In this document: one piece after another, positions 57,347 to 64,000 of the stretch
Layout of the letters: the number at the start of each line of letters is the position of its first letter
How positions within the stretch are numbered: the stretch's first letter is position 1
From: an uncultured Gammaproteobacteria bacterium
GTDB lineage: Bacteria > Patescibacteriota > Patescibacteriia > CAZSQN01
NCBI GenBank assembly: GCA_964609095.1
Contig: CAZSQN010000001.1
Span: 130,354-194,353 of the forward strand
Direction of reading: 5' to 3'
DNA: 64,000 bases
Program-made: the position numbers and the translations under genes
Notes under the pieces: generated by a model
Database searches by the model: none
Seen by the model: only the letters and a program-made list of their open reading frames with translations
What the model was told of the DNA's origin: nothing

Positions 57347-59428
57347 ATGCCGCGAGAAATCCCGCTTGAACGGGTAAGAAACATTGGAATTATAGCCCAC
57401 ATTGACGCCGGAAAGACAACTGTTTCCGAGCGTGTTTTATTTTACACCGGAAAAAAGCATAAAATCGGCGAAGTGCATGAAGGCGAAGCCACTATGGATT
57501 GGATGGAGCAGGAACGGGAGCGCGGTATTACCATCACGGCCGCCGCTACCACCGCGTTTTGGAAAAATCATCGTATCAACCTTATTGATACTCCGGGCCA
57601 TATTGATTTTACGGTTGAAGTTAAGAGGTCTCTTCGCGTGTTGGACGGAGCCGTGGTTATTTTTGACGGCGTGGCCGGAGTGGAGCCGCAGTCAGAAACA
57701 AACTGGCATTACGCCGACGATTACAAGGTGCCGCGTATTTGCTTTATAAACAAGCTTGACCGCACCGGCGCTGATTTCTACGCCGACCTTCAATCAATTC
57801 ATGAACGACTGACGCTCAACGCTTATCCGCTGCAGCTACCTATCGGGGTTGAAGACAAATTTGTCGGGATTGTTGATTTATTGGCACGCAAGGCCTATAT
57901 CTATAAAGACGATTTGGGAAAAGAGATTGTTGAAGAAGAGCCGCCGGCTGAAATGAAAGATAAAGTTGAGGAATATCGTGCTAAACTCATTGAGAAAATA
58001 GTAGAAAATGACGAAGCCGCGATGAACGCTTATTTTGAGGGAAAAGAGCCGTCGTTGCCGGAATTAAAGGCGCTGCTTAGAAAATCGGTAATCGCTTTTG
58101 ACATCGTACCCGTGCTTTGCGGTTCGGCGTTAAAAAATAAAGGAGTTCAATTTATGCTGGACGCAGTGGTTGATTATCTGCCGTCGCCTTTGGATATTCC
58201 GCCGGTGGCCGGCACTGACCCAAATGATACTGATAAAAAAATGGTCCGGCACGCTTCTGACGATGAGCCGTTTGCCGCCCTGGCTTTTAAAGTGGCGGCC
58301 GATCCGTTTGTGGGTAAGCTTTGCTTTTTCCGCGCTTATTCGGGAAATATCAAAGCCGGTTCTTATGTTCTAAACGCCTCCACCGGAGAGCGGGAGCGCA
58401 TTGGCAGAATCGTGCGTTTGCACGCCAATCACCGCGAAGATGTGGAAGAGGTGTACGCCGGCGAAATCGCGGCTGCGGTGGGGCTTAAAGAAACATTTAC
58501 CGGCCATACCCTTTGCGATGAAGACGCGCCGATTTTGCTTGAATCCATTATTTTTCCGGAGCCGGTTATTTCCGTGGCAGTTGAACCAAAGACCAAGGCG
58601 GACCAGGAAAAAATGGGCATTGCGCTCTCAAAATTGGCCGAAGAAGACCCGACTTTTCGCGTGCGCACCGATGAAGAAACATTGCAGACGATTATTTCCG
58701 GAATGGGAGAATTGCATCTGGATATTATTGTTGACCGCATGAAGCGCGAGTTTAGGGTTGAGGCCAATGTGGGCAAGCCGCAGGTCGCCTATAAAGAAAC
58801 CATTAAAAGAGTCGCCGAAGGCGAGGGCAAATATATCCGCCAGTCAGGAGGCCGCGGACAATACGGTCATTGCTGGCTTAGAGTTGAGCCGCGAGAAAGG
58901 GGCGCGGGCTTTGAGTTTGTTGATGAAGTCAAAGGCGGAGCCATTCCACGGGAGTTTATTCTGCCTATTCATAAAGGAGTTAAAGAAGCGACTGAAAAAG
59001 GGGTATTGGCCGGCTATCCGTTGATTGATGTGCGGGTCGCGGTATATGATGGCAGTTACCATGATGTGGACTCTTCTGAAGCCGCTTTTAAGATTGCCGG
59101 TTCGCTGGCCTTTCAGGAGGCGTCAAAAAGGGCCGGTTTGGTTTTGCTTGAACCGATGATGAAGGTGGAAGTAATCACGCCGGAGCAATCAATGGGCGAT
59201 GTGATAGGCGATTTGAATTCAAAACGCGGACAGATTCAGGAAATGCGCGATCGGGGCAACCAAATTAAAGTAATTGACGCGCTGGCGCCGCTTGCCGAAA
59301 TGTTTGGCTATGCCACGCAGCTGCGGTCTATGACGCAGGGCAGAGCCAGCTACACTATGGAGTTTTCGCATTACGCGGAAGTGCCGGCAAATGTGTCTCA
59401 AGCGATTGTTGAAGGAAAGAAAAAATAA
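57347..59428 (+). CDS. fusA: Elongation factor G
   Basis: 693 aa; G-domain [21 protein letters not shown]. Confidence 0.95.
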   Translation: MPREIPLERVRNIGIIAHIDAGKTTVSERVLFYTGKKHKIGEVHEGEATMDWMEQERERGITITAAATTAFWKNHRINLIDTPGHIDFTVEVKRSLRVLDGAVVIFDGVAGVEPQSETNWHYADDYKVPRICFINKLDRTGADFYADLQSIHERLTLNAYPLQLPIGVEDKFVGIVDLLARKAYIYKDDLGKEIVEEEPPAEMKDKVEEYRAKLIEKIVENDEAAMNAYFEGKEPSLPELKALLRKSVIAFDIVPVLCGSALKNKGVQFMLDAVVDYLPSPLDIPPVAGTDPNDTDKKMVRHASDDEPFAALAFKVAADPFVGKLCFFRAYSGNIKAGSYVLNASTGERERIGRIVRLHANHREDVEEVYAGEIAAAVGLKETFTGHTLCDEDAPILLESIIFPEPVISVAVEPKTKADQEKMGIALSKLAEEDPTFRVRTDEETLQTIISGMGELHLDIIVDRMKREFRVEANVGKPQVAYKETIKRVAEGEGKYIRQSGGRGQYGHCWLRVEPRERGAGFEFVDEVKGGAIPREFILPIHKGVKEATEKGVLAGYPLIDVRVAVYDGSYHDVDSSEAAFKIAGSLAFQEASKRAGLVLLEPMMKVEVITPEQSMGDVIGDLNSKRGQIQEMRDRGNQIKVIDALAPLAEMFGYATQLRSMTQGRASYTMEFSHYAEVPANVSQAIVEGKKK

Positions 59429-59441
59429 ATAATGCACGCAT

Positions 59442-59801
59442 ATGAATAATTTATTAAAACGTCTTCTCGAACTTTCTAAAAAGACAGGCGACAGGATTGT
59501 ATTTGCGGATATTGACGGCGAAGATGCCCATGTTGTCTTAACTCTTTCTGATTATGAGGAGCTTGTTGCCGGCCGCCCCGCCTCATTAAAGAAAGAGAAT
59601 GAGCTGAAAGATGCATCGCCGAAGACAGAAACGGCATTTAATAAAAGATTGCCTTTGGCGGAGAGAAACGCGTTAGAAGAGATGGACAAAGAGGTGATTA
59701 AGGCACTGGAGGCGGAAAGAGCCGGGGCTTCCGGCGGGAGATCGACGGAAGAGAGTGGTTTTGAAGTTGAAGACAGATATTTTTTAGAGCCGATTGAATA
59801 G
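59442..59801 (+). CDS. Hypothetical acidic protein inserted between fusA and tuf
   Basis: 119 aa; no domain recognised. Confidence 0.45.
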   Translation: MNNLLKRLLELSKKTGDRIVFADIDGEDAHVVLTLSDYEELVAGRPASLKKENELKDASPKTETAFNKRLPLAERNALEEMDKEVIKALEAERAGASGGRSTEESGFEVEDRYFLEPIE

Positions 59802-59826
59802 GGACGACGGCCTAAAAAGAGGGGGG

Positions 59827-59855
59827 TTGACGGATTAAAATACCTGTGCTAAACT
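59827..59855 (+). promoter_or_regulatory. Putative sigma70 promoter for tuf (TTGACG-N17-TAAACT)
   Basis: Spacing 17; about 80 nt upstream of tuf ATG. Confidence 0.45.
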
Positions 59856-59938
59856 TTATTTTGATAATAATTTAATAAATTTTGTCCACCTCTTTTTATT
59901 TTTAAGGAAAAAGCGGGCGGGCGTTCTAAAAAGACACT

Positions 59939-61129
59939 ATGGCAGGCAAATTTGAAAGAACAAAACCTCATGTAAACGTCGGCACTATCGGCCACGTTGA
60001 CCACGGCAAAACAACTTTGACCGCGGCTATTCTTCAGGTGCTTCGCTCTCAAGGCGGAGTAGCCCAGAATAAGAGCGTTGACGATTTGGATAAAGCGCCG
60101 GAGAGCAAAGCGCGCGGCATTACTATTGCCACGGCTCACTGCGAATACGAAACAGCCAATAGGCATTATGCCCACGTTGACTGTCCCGGCCACGCCGATT
60201 ACGTGAAAAATATGATTACGGGCGCGGCGCAGATGGACGGCGCTATTCTTGTCGTGTCCGCCGCTGACGGCCCAATGCCGCAGACCCGCGAGCACATTCT
60301 TTTGGCGCGCCAGGTCGGCGTTCCTTATATAGTTGTGTTTTTGAACAAGGTGGATACGGTTGAGGACAAAGAGCTTATTGACTTGGTTGAAGAAGAGGTT
60401 CGCGACCTTTTGAAAAAATACAATTTTCCGGGCGACAAGACGCCGATTATCCGCGGCAGCGCGTTAAAAGCATTGCAAAATCCTACTGACGCGGAAGCAA
60501 CTAAGCCGATAATGGAGCTTTTGAAGACCTTGGATGAGTACATCCCCGAGCCGGTTCGTGAAACAGACAAGCCGTTTTTGATGCCGGTTGAAGACGTGTT
60601 TTCCATTGAAGGCCGCGGCACTGTAGTGACCGGCCGCATTGAGCGCGGAATGATTAAGCTGAACGAGGAAGTGGAAATAGTTGGTTTGGGCGAAACCAGA
60701 AAGACGGTTGTAACCGGAATTGAAATGTTTAATAAACAGCTTGACGAGGGCCGTGCCGGAGATAATGCCGGGCTGCTTCTTCGCGGTATTAAAAAGGAAG
60801 AAGTGGAGCGCGGGATGGTGCTTGCCAAAGCCGGTTCCGTGACTCCGCATACGGAATTTGAGGCGGAAGTGTATTGTTTGACCAAAGAAGAAGGCGGACG
60901 CCATAAGCCGTTTTTCACCGGCTATAAGCCGCAGTTCTATATCCGCACCACGGATGTTACCGGAGAAGCAACATTGCCGACTGGCGTTGAAATGGTTATG
61001 CCCGGAGACACCGTTAATCTGGCAGTCAAGCTTATCATCCCGGTTGCTCTTGAGGAAAAGCAGAGGTTTGCCATTCGCGAAGGCGGACATACGGTTGGAG
61101 CCGGAGTAGTGACTAAAATTTCAAAATAA
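59939..61129 (+). CDS. tuf: Elongation factor Tu
   Basis: 396 aa; [22 protein letters not shown]. Confidence 0.96.
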   Translation: MAGKFERTKPHVNVGTIGHVDHGKTTLTAAILQVLRSQGGVAQNKSVDDLDKAPESKARGITIATAHCEYETANRHYAHVDCPGHADYVKNMITGAAQMDGAILVVSAADGPMPQTREHILLARQVGVPYIVVFLNKVDTVEDKELIDLVEEEVRDLLKKYNFPGDKTPIIRGSALKALQNPTDAEATKPIMELLKTLDEYIPEPVRETDKPFLMPVEDVFSIEGRGTVVTGRIERGMIKLNEEVEIVGLGETRKTVVTGIEMFNKQLDEGRAGDNAGLLLRGIKKEEVERGMVLAKAGSVTPHTEFEAEVYCLTKEEGGRHKPFFTGYKPQFYIRTTDVTGEATLPTGVEMVMPGDTVNLAVKLIIPVALEEKQRFAIREGGHTVGAGVVTKISK

Positions 61130-61135
61130 ATATGT

Positions 61136-61250
61136 AACCCCGCACTTATTCCATCGGAGACTTTGCAAGATTTCAGGGGTAAAGGCGAAGCCGACTTCGT
61201 CTTCACTCTAACAAGATTAAAAAAGTTTCCCGTAGAATAAGTGCGGGGTT
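61136..61250 (+). promoter_or_regulatory. Long-range inverted repeat (16-bp arms) enclosing about 85 nt between tuf and rpsJ
   Basis: aaccccgcacttattc ... gaataagtgcggggtt; possible tuf terminator/S10-operon leader structure. Confidence 0.45.
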
Positions 61251-61261
61251 GTTCTTCTCTC

Positions 61262-61618
61262 ATGAAAGCAGAAAAAACAAAGACGAATAAAGCCAAGGCC
61301 GCCGGTTCGGAGGAAAGACAACGGATTCGTATTCGTATCCGCGCTTATGATCATAAAATTATTGATCAGTCAACGCGGACCATACTTGAGACGGCGGAGC
61401 GGAGCGGCGCCCAAGTAGTCGGTCCCATACCGCTGCCCACTGAAAAAAAGAAATACACGGTAAACCGCTCGTCTTTTGTGCATAAAGACGCGCGGGAACA
61501 GTATGAAATGCGCATCCACAAGCGGCTTATAGATATTTTTGATCCGACGCCTAGGACAATAGACGCGCTGATGAATTTATCCCTGCCGGCCGGAGTGGAT
61601 GTGGAAATCAAGATGTGA
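61262..61618 (+). CDS. rpsJ: 30S ribosomal protein S10 (with Lys/Ala-rich N-terminal extension)
   Basis: ...[42 protein letters not shown]10 core; start taken at ATG 61262 (track start 61241 lies in hairpin arm). Confidence 0.88.
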   Translation: MKAEKTKTNKAKAAGSEERQRIRIRIRAYDHKIIDQSTRTILETAERSGAQVVGPIPLPTEKKKYTVNRSSFVHKDAREQYEMRIHKRLIDIFDPTPRTIDALMNLSLPAGVDVEIKM

Positions 61619-61774
61619 GCGCCGCAGGTGAAGAAAGATCTCTATAGCGGAGCAGGTAAACGAGTTAGAGAAAACCTTCATCAAGCGGTTATCGCATTAA
61701 GGAGAAAGAATTCATTGATAAGTTATAATCACAACAATTGAAAGGCCTGAATTTCTCGTGAAATGAGAAGTAGG

Positions 61775-61818
61775 CCATCCCTTCCTATCTTGGTAAAAAT
61801 AGGAAGGGATGGCTTTTT
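61775..61818 (+). terminator. Strong rho-independent terminator between rpsJ and rplC
   Basis: gccatcccttcctat-cttggtaaaa-ataggaagggatggc + T5. Confidence 0.75.
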
Positions 61819-61954
61819 GCTTAACTGGAAAAGTATGAATCCCGTTAGAAGCCGCGGTCGCTAGAGCATGTTTATACGGGATTCAAAGCGATTTGTTTGA
61901 ATAATAAATAACAAAATAATCAGCAGGAGCCGACCGCGACCTGCTTCTAATGGG

Positions 61955-62560
61955 ATGAAGTTTATTTTAGGAAAGAAATTGGAAATGACCCAGCGTTTTA
62001 AGTCCGACGGCGAGGTGGTGCCCGTGACCATGATTTCGGTTCCAAAAAATATCGTGACCGGCCTTCGCGCGCCTGATAAAGATGGATATGCGGCGGTGCA
62101 GATCGGCGCGGTTTCGGCTAAACAGCTGTCAAATCCGGAGCGCGGCCACTTAAAGGGTCTGCCCATGCTGAAGCATCTTCGCGAAGTGCGCGTTAAAGAT
62201 GTCGGCGCCTGGAAGCGGGGAGACGAGCTTTCTGTTTCGCAGTTTAGTTTGGGAGAGAAAGTGACAGTTATCGGAACATCCAAAGGAAAAGGATTCCAGG
62301 GCGTGGTTAAGCGCCATCATTTTCATGGCCATCCGCCCACGCACGGGCACAAGGATCAAGAAAGGATGCCGGGTTCAATAGGCGCCGGCGGCGTGCAGCA
62401 CGTTAGAAAAGGGCTTAGAATGGCCGGCAGAATGGGCGGCGAAAGGGTGACTGTAAAAAATCTGGAAGTGGCGGCCATTGACGCGGAAAAGGGAATCATC
62501 ACGCTCTCTGGCGCGGTTCCAGGCAGCCGCGGCGGTTTGCTGATGATTGTCAGCGAATAA
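61955..62560 (+). CDS. rplC: 50S ribosomal protein L3
   Basis: 201 aa L3 pattern. Confidence 0.92.
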   Translation: MKFILGKKLEMTQRFKSDGEVVPVTMISVPKNIVTGLRAPDKDGYAAVQIGAVSAKQLSNPERGHLKGLPMLKHLREVRVKDVGAWKRGDELSVSQFSLGEKVTVIGTSKGKGFQGVVKRHHFHGHPPTHGHKDQERMPGSIGAGGVQHVRKGLRMAGRMGGERVTVKNLEVAAIDAEKGIITLSGAVPGSRGGLLMIVSE

Positions 62561-62568
62561 TTTTAAAT

Positions 62569-63240
62569 TTGAATATGGGAGAGCTTAAAGCAAAAGTTTA
62601 TAACGAAGAAGGTCGGACGGTTGGCGAGGTAAAACTTGATCCGGCTGTTTTTGCCGTTGCCGGCAATTCGTCGCTTTTGCATCAGGCGGTTACTGCCCAG
62701 CAAGCCAACGCCAGAAAGCCGATAGCGCACACTAAAGATCGCGGCGAGGTTTCCGGCGGAGGCAAAAAGCCGTGGAAGCAAAAGGGCACGGGCCGGGCCA
62801 GGCACGGCTCCATCCGTTCGCCGATCTGGGTGGGCGGCGGAGTCACTTTTGGTCCGAACAAAGACCGGAATTTTGGAGTAAAGATTAATAAGAAAATGAA
62901 ACGAAAAGCGCTTTTGATGTGCTTGTCCGATAAGGCGGCGGAGTCAAAAGTGATAGTTTTGGATAAATTTGCCATGGAGGATTACAAAACCTCGCGCGTA
63001 GCCAAGCTTTTGAAAAATCTTTCTTGCGTCGGTGGAACGATATTTGTTTTGCCCGGAGTTGACCAGGTTATTAAAAAATCAGCGCAAAATATTCCGAGAT
63101 TGCAAACCGCGATGGCGGGCAGTTTGAACGCGGTTGATTTGCTTAAAGCCAAAAATCTGCTCACGACCAGTGACGGCCTGGAAGCCATAAGCAAGCTTTG
63201 GGGCGGGAAAACAAAAGCTAAAAAGATAAGTAAATCATAA
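62569..63240 (+). CDS. rplD: 50S ribosomal protein L4
   Basis: 223 aa L4 pattern (GGGKKPWKQKGTGRAR). Confidence 0.92.
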   Translation: MNMGELKAKVYNEEGRTVGEVKLDPAVFAVAGNSSLLHQAVTAQQANARKPIAHTKDRGEVSGGGKKPWKQKGTGRARHGSIRSPIWVGGGVTFGPNKDRNFGVKINKKMKRKALLMCLSDKAAESKVIVLDKFAMEDYKTSRVAKLLKNLSCVGGTIFVLPGVDQVIKKSAQNIPRLQTAMAGSLNAVDLLKAKNLLTTSDGLEAISKLWGGKTKAKKISKS

Positions 63241-63249
63241 ATTTGACAT

Positions 63250-63651
63250 ATGGCATTTTGGGACAGATTTAAAAGAAAACCCCGTTCCGGAGCGCAAGAG
63301 CCGGCTAAACCGCCGCGAGCCGCAAGCAAGACGGAAGAGATTGCGCGCGCCGAAGGCGGCGATACTGGACCGGCTTATAGAGTATTGATTAGGCCTATCC
63401 AATCAGAAAAGGCGGCCAACGCCTCTTCTCTGAATCAATATGTTTTTGAAATTGCTTCCGGCGCCAACAAGCTTCAGGTAAAAGAAGCCGTAATGAAGGT
63501 CTATGGAATAAGGCCGGTTTCCGTAAATATTGTGCGGCTTCCGGGAAAATCTGTCCATTATGGGCGCACTTCCGGCAAGGAAAAAATGACCAAAAAAGCA
63601 ATTGTGACTTTGCCCCCCGGCAAAACTATATCAATTTATGAAGGCGTTTAA
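63250..63651 (+). CDS. rplW: 50S ribosomal protein L23 (N-terminally extended)
   Basis: L23 core YRVLIRPIQSEKA...; about 35-aa basic/Ala-rich N-terminal extension. Confidence 0.88.
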   Translation: MAFWDRFKRKPRSGAQEPAKPPRAASKTEEIARAEGGDTGPAYRVLIRPIQSEKAANASSLNQYVFEIASGANKLQVKEAVMKVYGIRPVSVNIVRLPGKSVHYGRTSGKEKMTKKAIVTLPPGKTISIYEGV

Positions 63652-63665
63652 GGTTCTTAAAAGAT

Positions 63666-64000
63666 ATGCCAGTTAAATACTACAAACCAACAACTTCAGG
63701 ACGCAGGCACGCGAGCGTGGCAGACACCTCCGAGCTTTCGCGCAGCCGCCCTCCAAAAAGATTGCGTTTTTCCCAAAAGCGAAGCGGCGGCAGAAATGCC
63801 CAGGGAAAAATCACGGTCCGCCATCGCGGAGGCGGCGCGGATCGTTTTGTCCGCGTGGTTGATTTTATGCGCGAAAAATATGATATGCCAGCTCGCGTTG
63901 TCACGATTGAATATGATCCCGGACGCGGCGCCCATATCGCGCTTGTCCGTTACAGAGACGGCGAACAACGGTATATAATCGCGCCGCTGGAATTAAATAT
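63666..64000 (+). CDS. rplB: 50S ribosomal protein L2 (3' end outside window)
   Basis: MPVKYYKPTTSGRRHASV... L2 N-terminus; ORF open to window end (not in ORF track). Confidence 0.88.
   Translation, partial: MPVKYYKPTTSGRRHASVADTSELSRSRPPKRLRFSQKRSGGRNAQGKITVRHRGGGADRFVRVVDFMREKYDMPARVVTIEYDPGRGAHIALVRYRDGEQRYIIAPLELN

Noticed and set aside
61861-62283. 140-aa minus-strand ORF
   Set aside because: Antisense to rplC and the structured rpsJ-rplC spacer
1-64000. Alternative genetic code (UGA recoding), as found in some CPR lineages
   Set aside because: prfB keeps the TGA-dependent frameshift site and many genes end in TGA (e.g. 585-aa gene, TSP3 gene 3), consistent with the standard bacterial code

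Overview
The gene content reads like a small, streamlined bacterial genome of the Patescibacteria/CPR type: short intergenic regions, ribosomal proteins with N-terminal extensions, a short Rel protein and few metabolic genes. This lineage placement is inference from gene content only, not a search result. The window is mostly conserved housekeeping genes. These are groES-groEL with an upstream CIRCE operator, and prfB with its canonical +1 programmed frameshift, which implies UGA is a stop codon here. They also include tsaC, rsmA, map, ruvX, recO, aspS, scpA/scpB, a D-Ala-D-Ala carboxypeptidase, parA/parB, rel, topA, dprA, pth, der, an LCP protein, lepB, hisS, rpsU, ybeY, dgkA, ftsA, ftsZ, nrdR, pyk, rpsL-rpsG-fusA-(orf)-tuf and rpsJ/rplC/rplD/rplW/rplB. 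There are six tRNAs: Met, initiator fMet, Leu-CAA, Val-CAC and Asp-GUC. Three regions stand out. (1) A cell-surface locus at about 34.7-48.5 kb. It holds a 585-aa protein and a translationally coupled giant protein of about 3063 aa that share a VirB2/TrbC-pilin-like N-terminal module. The giant protein carries Ig-like, IPT/TIG, two banks of Myxococcus-type Cys-rich repeats and a C-terminal VWA domain. Three membrane proteins follow, each with thrombospondin-type-3 Ca-binding repeats and a shared YNPxGPGRL motif. (2) A conserved structured leader of about 90 nt lies immediately upstream of the start codons of parA, ftsZ and nrdR. It shows compensatory base changes between copies, so it is a candidate cis-regulatory RNA element for a cell-cycle regulon. 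(3) A 240-nt unit with a perfect TTGACA-N17-TATTAT promoter and a strong terminator but no plausible ORF sits between ftsZ and nrdR, and is a candidate sRNA. Smaller observations follow in the findings. No CRISPR array, transposase or integrase was seen.
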